Origin: Octopus sinensis
Taxonomy: Eukaryota
Direction of reading: 5' to 3'
Length of the DNA: 64,000 nt
Assembly: GCF_006345805.1 (NCBI RefSeq)
Contig: NC_043021.1
Coordinates: 8,556,001-8,620,000 of the forward strand
In this document: piece by piece, positions 53,745-64,000 of the stretch
Numbering within the stretch: position 1 is the first letter of the stretch
How the letters are laid out: every line of letters begins with the position of its first letter
The notes under the pieces: generated by a model
Told to the model about the DNA's origin: nothing
Databases searched by the model: none
The model's input: the letters and a program-made list of their open reading frames with translations, nothing else
Translations under genes and position numbers: made by a program

Positions 53745-54150
53745 ATAAAAAGAAATTGGATTCTTCATGACGACAATATACCTTGCCACCAAACTCACCT
53801 CACTCGTGAATTTCTCATCGGAAACAGCATGGAATCCCTTTCACACCGACCTTATTCACCAGATTTAGCACTTGCAGATTTTCATCTCTTCCCCAAGATG
53901 AAAACGCAGCTCAAAGGTCACTGATTTAACATCTTTGTCGAGATCCAGAGCGAATCACAGAAGGTCCACGACTCGCTTCCTTCCGGAAAACGATTTCCAA
54001 GCAGGACTCCAAAAGTGGCAGGAACGCTGGGACGGGTGTAGTGCTGCGCAAGGTGGCTATTTCGAAGGAGATGATATTAAAACTTAGGTAAATAAGTTAT
54101 TTTTTTTTTATTAAACATAACTAGTCCGGGAACTCTCTGATATCACCTCG
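53745..54150 (+). mobile_element. Mariner transposase 3' remnant
   Basis: ILHDDNIPCH...HRPYSPDLALADFHLFPKMK; ends in cctcgta. Confidence 0.85.
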
Positions 54151-54166
54151 TATATATGTATGTATG

Positions 54167-54198
<32 letters not shown>

Positions 54199-54710
54199 TG
54201 TATGTATGTATGTATGTATGTCTATATCTCTCCCCTCTCTCTCTCCCTCTCTGTATATATATATATATTTTTTTAAATAACGAGGGTGATAAATTGAATA
54301 TTAATTTAATTAACATCAATTTAAAACCAGTAGCCTAGCATATAGAAAAATCTGAAAATTCAGAAAAAATTGTATTACATGCGTATAAGAAGGGATGACC
54401 ACTAAGTGGACATCCAATATGCTAGACGATTGGTGTTGGTGCATTTACGGCTCCTTAACTTATCGGTAGGAGAAAGGAGACCGATAAAAAGTCCTGGGGG
54501 TCGATTTGTTCGACTAAAACCCTTCAAGGCAATGCCCCAGCATAGGCGCAGTCAAATGACTGAAACAAGTAAAGGATAAAAGATAGAAGATGGAATTGAT
54601 TGAGGTCCATTATGAGCAAGAGCGTCCTCTTTTGGCATTGGTGAAAATGAAGGGGCGATAATAATTATTTATTACACTATAACAACATAGGGTCCTTATA
54701 ATATAAACAA

Positions 54711-55096
54711 CTAGCAGTATCGCCCGGCGTTGCTCGGGTTTGTAAGGGAAATAACTATATAAGCATTTTCAGAGTGCTATAGCCAAAAAATAGCAAAACA
54801 ATGGGAAAAAAATGATGGTAATTTTTTTTTAAATCGTTGACTCATTGTAGACATTTTTAGAGAGTTACTTCCCTTATATGATAGCGAAAAAATGCATTAA
54901 AATGGAAAAAAATGATGGTAAATTTTTTTTAAAATCGTAGACTCATCGTAGACGCGCGCTAATACCCAGAAGGGCTCGATATGAATCACGACTATAAGAT
55001 ACCCGGTTTTGGTTAAACTGCACCGCAAAATGTGGGAGTAGTTAGGAATCTAAATCGTAGGAGACAGACACGCAACTTCACTTTTATATATAAAGA
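54711..55096 (-). mobile_element. Non-autonomous Helitron-like element
   Basis: Reverse complement of the same family with CTAG and TC ends. Confidence 0.8.
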
Positions 55097-56261
55097 TATC
55101 AAGAACTGCTGCAAATTTTGGGTTTTGATTTCTTGATTATTTAGGATAAATCTGCTACTTAACACTCAGAGCTACCTACAGGAATAAATGGTAGATTTGT
55201 GTTATCATTGACATAACCAGAAAAATGGACACTGAAAAACTAGATTCGATGCTAATGCCGCCTTACCATTCGGCTACAATTTAGATTTTCTATTTTTAAC
55301 TGAGAACAATATATTTTCCACAAACTTCACACTGTTTACATAATAAAAGACAGACATCTTTCTGCGCGAACAAAGTTAAAACTATAAAGTCAGACAGCTA
55401 GGAAGTGCCATTTCCATAGACCAGTCAGATAGGTAGGAAGTGGTGCTGTAATATGCCTCTCCAACTTGAACAACTCTTAATTCTTTCTTCTTCTTCCATA
55501 AAATCAGGAACTGAAAGATCGTATTGACATTTCCACCAGACATTGAAACATCTCATATTTTATCAACAAATACACATACCTCCTCTTCTCATCTTCCTTC
55601 ACCACAACCACCGACACCACATCCTCCTGCCCTCTCCATCTCTTTCATTTTCTCTCTTTCTGTCTTTCTTCTCCCCCCTCGTTCGCTGTCGGTTTTCTTC
55701 TTTTTCTCAAACCGTCTGTCTGATTCCTTCTCTAAGCCTTTCTCTCACTTTACTTTCACTTTCTATATCGTCCTTCATCACTCATTGCCTCTCCCTCTCC
55801 CTTTTTTCAATCTTCCCCACCTCGCTTCTCTCTCTCTCTCTCTCTCACTCTCTCTCTCTTTCGTTATCTCTTCTATTGTCTTCTCTCTTTTATATTTGCT
55901 CCCCCGCTTGTTTTTCTTTCTGTCTGTTTATTCTCCATACTCTTACCTCCTCTCTAAATCACACTTTCTATCTCTTATCTTCCTTTCTATCTCTTATCTT
56001 CCTTTCTCTCTCTTATCTTCCTTTCTTTCATTACTCCTTCACTTTCTCACTTACATAATCTCTACACAAATACACTCTGCCACAAGTACAAACGTGCTCT
56101 TACGCATGCGCACACATACACTCTTTTCTTACACGCCCTCTCACACATACAGTCATACACACAAACATACACTATCACACACGCGTGTACACATATTCAC
56201 ATATACTCACTCATAGACACAGTCACACAAATATCAAACAAAGAGACGCATTGACTGAGCC

Positions 56262-56921
56262 ATACACACAACACAAGTACCCATACATGCATACGCGGTC
56301 ATATACACATCCTCTTTTCCATGCATATACACACAACACAAGTACCCATACATGCATACGCGGTCATATACACATCCTCTTTTCCATGCATATACACACA
56401 ACACAAGTACCCATACATGCATACGCGGTCATATACACATCCTCTTTTCCATGCATATACACACAACACAAGTACCCATACATGCATACGCGGTCATATA
56501 CACATCCTCTTTTCCATGCATATACACACAACACAAGTACCCATACATGCATACGCGGTCATATACACATCCTCTTTTCCATGCATATACACACAACACA
56601 AGTACCCATACATGCATACGCGGTCATATACACATCCTCTTTTCCATGCATATACACACAACACAAGTACCCATACATGCATACGCGGTCATATACACAT
56701 CCTCTTTTCCATGCATATACACACAACACAAGTACCCATACATGCATACGCGGTCATATACACATCCTCTTTTCCATGCATATACACACAACACAAGTAC
56801 CCATACATGCATACGCGGTCATATACACATCCTCTTTTCCATGCATATACACACAACACAAGTACCCATACATGCATACGCGGTCATATACACATCCTCT
56901 TTTCCATGCATATACACACAA
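56262..56921. repeat. Perfect 65-bp tandem repeat, about 10 copies
   Basis: Unit atacacacaacacaagtacccatacatgcatacgcggtcatatacacatcctcttttccatgcat; ORF track repeats every 65 nt. Confidence 0.95.
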
Positions 56922-57193
56922 GCAAATACACACGTACTCGCATACACACGTTTTCTGCATCTCTGTCTCTTATCAACCCCTGCCACTATATCTGACCCAA
57001 AAGTTTCTAAACGAAATTTTTGGACAGACGTGTAACAACGAAATCCACTTCAGACATTCACCGTTTGATTTTAAACAAAGACGAAGCGGAAGTTTTCAAG
57101 AAAATCTCCCGCGAACCGGAAGTAAGCACACTGAAATTGTTCAACAGTGGATTTGGGTTCGGTTTAATCTACCCTACGCGTTTAATCTAATAG

Positions 57194-57793
57194 GGCGGCG
57201 AGCTGGCAGAAACGTTAGCACTCCGGGCGAAATGCTTAGCGTTATTTCATCTTCCGCTACGTTCTGAGTTCAAATTCCGCCGAGGTCGACTTAGCCTTTC
57301 ATCCTTTCGGGGTCGATAAATAAAGTACCAGTTACGCACTGGGGTCGATGTAATCGACTTAATCCGTTTGTCTGTCCTTGTTTGTCCCCTCTGTGTTTAG
57401 CCCCTTGTGGGTAGTAAAGAAATAGGTATTTCATCTTCCGCTACGTTCTGAGTTCAAATTCCGCCGAGGTCGACTTAGCCTTTCATCCTTTCGGGGTCGA
57501 TAAATTAAGTACCAGTTACGCACTGGGGTCGATGTAATCGACTTAATCCGTTTGTCTGTCCTTGTTTGTCCCCTCTGTGTTTAGCCCCTTGTGGGTAGTA
57601 AAGAAATAGGTATTTCATCTTCCGCTACGTTCTGAGTTCAAATTCCGCCGAGGTCGACTTAGCCTTTCATCCTTTCGGGGTCGATAAATTAAGTACCAGT
57701 TACGCACTGGGGTCGATGTAATCGACTTAATCCGTTTGTCTGTCCTTGTTTGTCTCCTCTGTGTTTAGCCCCTTGTGGGTAGTAAACAAATAG
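57194..57793 (+). mobile_element. SINE A trimer
   Basis: One head plus three near-identical bodies of about 179 bp; gtttaatcta on both sides. Confidence 0.9.
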
Positions 57794-58013
57794 GTTTAAT
57801 CTACCCAACGCATTCTTTGTTAAAGTTGGTCCTCTCTTCACAGAAAAGACATTTCTTCAGAAAATTATGGACTCTCCCGTCGAAAACGACGTATAGGTCA
57901 TTCAGCTTTTACCGAACGATTTTCACAAATGATTCGTTTATTGTGATCAAATGTTCGTACCGCACATTAGCTCAATTCCTCCATCAAATCGACGTTGCTT
58001 GAACAGGTGCACA

Positions 58014-58245
58014 GCGGCGAGCTGGCAGAAACGTTAGCGCGCCGGGCGAAATGCTTTGTGGTATTTCGTCCGCTGCTGCGTTCTGAGTTCAAATTCCGCC
58101 GAGGTCGACTTTGTCTTTCATCCTTTCGGGGTCGATAAATAAAGTACCAGTTACGCACTGGGGTCGATATAATCGACTTAATCCGTTTGTCTGTCCTTGT
58201 TTGTCCTCTCTGTGTTTAGTCCCTTGTGGGTAGTAAAGAAATAGG
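58014..58245 (+). mobile_element. SINE A
   Basis: Full-length match. Confidence 0.85.
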
Positions 58246-58387
58246 TATCGAACTGATTGCAGAGCAACGAGACACGAAGTGTTTTGCTCGAGAACACAAC
58301 GCACTACCCAGTCTAAGAACTGAAACTACGATCTTGTGATCGTGAGTGCAGTACCCTGACCACTAAACCAAGCGTCATCAGAAAATA

Positions 58388-58593
58388 GCGCGTGGCTGTG
58401 TGGTAAGTAGCTTGCTTACCAACCACATGGTTCCGGGCTCAGTCCCACTGCGTGGCACCTTGGTCAAGTGTCTTTTGCTATAGCCTCGGGCTAACCAAAG
58501 CCTTGTGAGTGGATTTGGTAGACGGAAACTGAAAGAAGCCCGTCGTATATTTATCTATCTATACACACACACTCATATATATATATATGTGTG

Positions 58594-58630
<37 letters not shown>

Positions 58631-58840
58631 TGTGTCTGTGTTTGTCCCCCCCTAACATCGTTTGACAACTGATGCTGGTGTGTTAACGTCCCGTAACTTA
58701 GCGGTTCGGCAAAAGAGACCGATAGAATAAGTACTAGGCTTACAAAGAATAAGTCCTGGGGATCGATTTGCTCGACTAAAGGCGGTGCTCCAGCATGGTC
58801 ACAGTCAAATGACTGAAACAAATAAAAGAGTAATAAGAGT
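58388..58840 (+). mobile_element. SINE B
   Basis: Full-length match. Confidence 0.85.
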
Positions 58841-59711
58841 ATACTCTTGGTTAAGTTTAGTCTCTTTATGAATTACAGAAGTCAGCGAGTCTGTTTAATG
58901 ATGTTCCTTATCTCTTATCCCGTCCCCTTCCGACTTTTAGTTCATGCAATTGGAAAAACCGCATTATTTATGTGATGACACAATATATGTTCAGACCAGG
59001 GATAGAACAGTCCACTGGCAGTGGATTTGAACTCATCACACACAGGTTTATCTTACTCCTTTTGCCACTTCATCTTTGTTCAAACAGAAAAGAGTTTCCT
59101 GGGAGAAAAACTTCGATTATGGATAAGCATTTAAATTATCTCTTCGATCAAGTAGGAGAGAAGATGATGAAGTGATGAAGCTGATGGTGTTAATGGGGGA
59201 AAAATAATTAATTCTATGCTTTAATTAAAAGTTCCGAATCTGGAATATATTACTTAAGTCAAATCTTCAATTTTTTTTGAATAAAAGTGGATATGAAATC
59301 CAAATATGTTATGATTTCGAGCTGGCTGAATCGTTAGCAAACCGGACAAAGTGCTTGGCAGCGTTTCTTGTGCCTCTTTACGTTTTGAGTTCAAATCTCA
59401 CCGAAGTCAACTTTGCTTTTCATTCATTCAGGGTCGATAAAATAAGTACTAGTTGAGCATTGAGGTCGATATAATCGACTTCTCTTTCCTGATTTTATGC
59501 AACAATTTGATACCATTATTTTAATTATTTTAAAAATCTTTTTCTTCTTCAAGCGTCTCACGGTAATATGCCAGAAATTTTTGAGTCTTCATTAGCTTCG
59601 TGTATTTTTAATAGAAATGGTGTTTTGGTATAACTAACTACTGATGCATTTTGAAAAGTCTTTGAGGAGAATATAGGGGATTCGTTGGTTAGAAAACATA
59701 AATATGTTCAA

Positions 59712-59945
59712 GGCGGCGAGCTGGCAGAAACGTTAGCGCGCAGGACGAAATGCTTAGCAGTTTTTCGTCTGTCTTTACGTTCGGAGTTCAAATTCTTCCG
59801 AGGTCGACTTTACCTTTCATCCTTTCAGAGTCGATAAATTAAGTACCAGTTACGCACTAGGATCGATGTAATCGACTTAATCTGTTTGTCTGTCCTTGTT
59901 TGTCCCCTCTATGTTTAGCCCCTTGTGGGCAATAAAGAAATAAGA
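59712..59945 (+). mobile_element. SINE A
   Basis: Full-length match; an older copy lies near 59320-59480. Confidence 0.8.
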
Positions 59946-61696
59946 AAACGTAAATATGTTTGTTAATGAGTGGGCCATATATTTAGAAGAAAAGGCAGTG
60001 ATATGCAGCAAGTTTTCAATTGGTGACCCGTGGGAAGTAGAAGACATGGTAGGACGAGAAAGAAACATGGCTGTTGATTCGAGAGGTTGGCGAACGAAAA
60101 TTATAGGGAGATGGAAAAGAAATAACTCAAGACAGGGGTATGTAGCGAGCTATAATGCATTCAGGGATGGTAGCGTCGGAGGTTAATTTTATGTAGTGTC
60201 TGATGTATTTTCTATAATTATGTCTGTGAAGATCGGTGGCTTAAGTCTATTATTTTATTAGAAAGCACATTATTGATTAATATTTGTTTTATTCTGTAGA
60301 TTTCTTCGTTTGTATCTGTGTGGACATTTTCAGTCTCCATGCAAGAAGAGTTGTCTTTGTGCAGGCGGGTTGTGTACGTGTCTGAATGTTTCTCTGATTG
60401 AATGTGTTGTACTTGTGGTTTAAGTGATGGCAGTGTTGTTGTTGTTGTTGTTGTTGGTGGTGGTGGTGCTTCTTGGTGCTGTTGCTGATTTAGCGAACTA
60501 AAGTGAAATGATATAATTCTTAAAATAATTCAATGAAACTAACGTTCATTCTCCTCTTCATATCGAAAGACTTTTTTCTCAGAGATGAAATCCAAGCACC
60601 GATTAAATAATCCCCATCACCGCCGCATTATAAAGAAACTGACTGAAATAGCTGTTATTTCGTTTTACATTATGAGCAAATTCATAAATATTACAGCATC
60701 ATTTCTGAAGAATCTTCTAGACAGGAAATAATTCTACACGAGACATTGATTTCTCAACTAACAGAAAAAAATCTCTTCTCATAAATTTTGATTTCAACAT
60801 GGAAGACTAGTTATCACAATAGTATTTTCTGCAATAAATAAATAAAGAAATAAAAAAAATAAATAAAATCTTTGGCTCATGTCAAAGAAATATTCTCGGC
60901 AGACCGGAAGTAAATATTTTATAGATCTTTTCCCCCAGAAAAAAATCGGGAAATAACTGTTTTCTATAGTCTAAGCATGTTCCTTTTAGACTTTACGAAT
61001 ATAATATAACCGGAAACAGTATTATAAAATATACAGGAAGTTAAATTCTTTCTATATTTACTTCTCAAAATGGATGAATAGATTTTAGTAGCTACTGACA
61101 AAACTGGGCAACAAATAAGAGGAACAATTCCTCCAACGGGCTTCCGTGTAGTTTCTGTTTCGTAACTATCACTCACAAAGCTTCAGACCATCTAAGGTTA
61201 TTGTAGAAGACATTCATCCAGGAGGTCACGCGATGGAATCTAACCCGAGAACAGGTAGTTCAGAAATGATCATGCTTAACCACATAATAACCCCAGTCAC
61301 TTAATTTCTACTTCTGAGACTACCTTTTGTTTAGTCTATCTCTACATTACAGACACAAAACATTAAAGAAGTTAATTGTCCCAAAATAGATTTTTATTAT
61401 CAAGATTCCACAGATGTAAAGCGGCAGAATTGAGTTCGCATAGATATAAATAATACAGTGCAAGGCTATATGTATGTGTTATCGATTCGATGAAATGCAA
61501 AAATGTACATCTAATTCGAGAGGACGAGTAACTATTTCTGTAATCAAATGATACAGGATATAAAAGATGGAAGTGAAATATCACCGCAGTCGGATTCAAC
61601 TTCTGAGGACATTGAATCAGACATCGAATCTGTCCCTCTCTTCCTCCCCCCTCTCTCCTATATATTATAATAATAATGATAATAATAATAATGATG

Positions 61697-61766
<70 letters not shown>

Positions 61767-61799
61767 TAATAATGATAATAATAATAATGATAATAATAA

Positions 61800-62365
61800 T
61801 AACATACATTGGAAGCTATGCCAACATTATGGAATAACAACAGAAAAAAGATGGTATAGGCACACACCAGAAAAGGTCACAGAAAACGAGAAAGCAACCA
61901 TACTCTGGGATATGCCGATACACACAGATAGAGAAATTAAGGCCAACAGACCAGATATAGTTGTCAGAGACCATGAAGAAAAAAATGCTTTCTAATTGAT
62001 GTATCAATACCGGCTGATGACAACGTGTCTCTAAAAGAAATGGAGAAACTCTCAAAATACAAAGACCTGGAAATAGAGGTAACCAGAATGTGGAATCTAA
62101 AAACAGAAACAATTCCTATCATAGTAGGTGCATTAGGCATGATAAAAAAATATTCAGACAAATACATAATAAAAACACCAGGACTTACAAACACATATAA
62201 CATACAGAAAATTGCACTACTAGGCACTGCACACATCCTACGCAGAACACTTTCCATAGAATAACCATCAGAGCATCACAACAAATCACAGCACATACCT
62301 AAGGCACACAGAGCTGCACTCGGTAGTGAAGTGAAAGCACGCTATAAAAATAAAACTACTGAGTA
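61800..62365 (+). mobile_element. 5'-truncated R4/Dong-like non-LTR retrotransposon in (TAA)n
   Basis: ILWDMPIHTDREIKANRPDIVV...LIDVSIP...EKLSKYKDL...PIIVGALG restriction-like endonuclease; one frameshift in an A run near 61985; TAA repeats on both sides. Confidence 0.85.
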
Positions 62366-62840
62366 ATAATACTAATATTCTGCTCAGTACCACAGATTTG
62401 CTTGTCAGTTGTTTGACCATAAGCAGTTGAGCATGTCCCTTAGTGGCTGACGATATGTGCATCTCTGATCACGAGCAGAAGTAGTGGGGGAGCATCATAG
62501 CCGTGTGTTGAAAGGAATTCTTGGAGGTTTGGATAATTCAACTTTGGAAACATGGGTGGTTCGTTCAACATCCTTAAACAACCCTTATTCGGAGACCTTT
62601 TGAGCGGGATGGATTACTCGACCAGAAGAAAGTTCTAACTGGGCCCCACTTGCAAGGTCATGTACTGTTTACCTTGATATGAGATCACGATGTCGCGCAC
62701 ATATAGCTGTGATGCATGTGCCTGGTGTACCCTTATCAGACGAGTAGTCATGATGGGTATACTGGGCTTCGTATATTTTACTCCAGTGTCACTTTGATGG
62801 CATGCACTGCTCTCTCACTCAATAATAACAATAGTAGTAA

Positions 62841-62878
<38 letters not shown>

Positions 62879-62917
62879 ATAATAATAATAATAATAATAA
62901 TGGTTTAAAATTTTGCT

Positions 62918-63064
62918 ACGGGGACTTATTCTTTGTAAGCCTAGTACTTATTCTGTTGGTAACTTTTGCCGAACCGCTTAGTTGCGGGGGACATAAACAC
63001 ACCAACATCGATTGTTAAGCGATGAGACACACACAAATGTATACATACATATATATACATATAA

Positions 63065-63136
<72 letters not shown>

Positions 63137-63490
63137 GATATATACGACGGGCTTCTTTCAGTTTCCGACTACCAAATCTACTCACAAGGCTTTGGTCGGC
63201 CCGAAGCTATAGTGGAAGACACTTGCCGAACCGCTAAGTTGCGGGGACATAAACACACCAACATCGATTGTTAAGCGATGAGATACATACAAGTGTATGC
63301 ATACATACACACACACACACACATATATATAGATATATACGACGGGCTTCTTTCAGTTTCCGACTACCAAATCTACTCACAAGGCTTTGGTCGGCTCGAG
63401 GCTATAGTAGAAGACACTTGCACAAGGTGCTACGCTGTGGGACTGAACCCGGAACCATGTGGTTATGAAGTAACCTTCTTACCACACAAC
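62918..63490 (-). mobile_element. SINE B with internal tandem duplication
   Basis: Central segment repeated at about 62970-63228 and 63225-63420. Confidence 0.8.
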
Positions 63491-63759
63491 CTATAAGCAT
63501 AAACGTGCACACACACGTATGTACTTTACTTCACATATCAGTTGCAGTGAATGGGTTTACTTGTTTAAAAGAAATAAGCTAACGGAGTCGATTAAATTTG
63601 TTATTGACAACGCATGTTTTACGGACATGGTATTTAGATAAGTTTGAAGAATTCCCGTAGGGAGCAACTGTCATTCGCTCTTAGTTGGCTTGCACTTGTG
63701 ATTTGTGGAAAAGCAAGAAGTTACTTTTAGCCAGATAACTTTGTAGTTGTTGCAAGTAC

Positions 63760-64000
63760 ATACTCTTTTGCTCTTTTACTTGTTTCAGTCATTTGATTGC
63801 GGCCATGCTGGAGCACCGCCTTTAGTCGAGCAAATCGACCCCGGGACTTATTCTTTGTAAGCCCAGTACTTATTATATCGGTCTCTTTTTGCCGAACCGC
63901 TAAGTTACGGGCACGTAAACACACCAGCATCAGTTGTGAAGCAATGCTAGGGGGACAAAGACAGACACACAAACATACACACATATATATATATATATAT
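63760..64000 (-). mobile_element. SINE B (runs off the window)
   Basis: Family match. Confidence 0.8.

Noticed and set aside
56262-56921. CRISPR-like regular array
   Set aside because: No unique spacers; eukaryotic tandem repeat
56185-57267. 360-aa and 224-aa repetitive ORFs
   Set aside because: Artefact of the stop-free 65-bp tandem repeat cycling through frames
62014-62050. CTGATGA...GAAA inside the Dong ORF (also CTGATGA near 13775 and CTGACGA near 32624)
   Set aside because: No valid stems; coding or transposon sequence by chance

Overview
AT-rich, microsatellite- and SINE-dense eukaryotic DNA, most likely a cephalopod (octopus-like) genome; the species is inferred from repeat style, not proven. 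One gene is recoverable: the 3' part of a minus-strand voltage-gated proton channel (Hv1/HVCN1 family). Six GT-AG exons between 21763 and 6523 splice in frame to 352 aa: end of S2, S3, an S4 with the LPWRxxR motif of molluscan Hv3-type channels, a coiled coil, a long acidic/poly-Ala tail and a C-terminal TYL. The S1 and early-S2 exons were not found. The rest is mobile DNA: several tRNA-derived SINE families, RTE and R4/Dong LINE remnants, mariner and hAT remnants, and non-autonomous Helitron-like elements. The most striking unannotated signal is a set of type I hammerhead ribozyme motifs from at least five different short Penelope-like families. They sit in (TA)n tracts and are often built as fold-backs; one is a perfect 126-bp palindrome carrying a complete hammerhead on each strand. 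One SINE family also forms head-less tandem multimers with an identical junction at four loci. All structures were read by eye and need computational and experimental confirmation.
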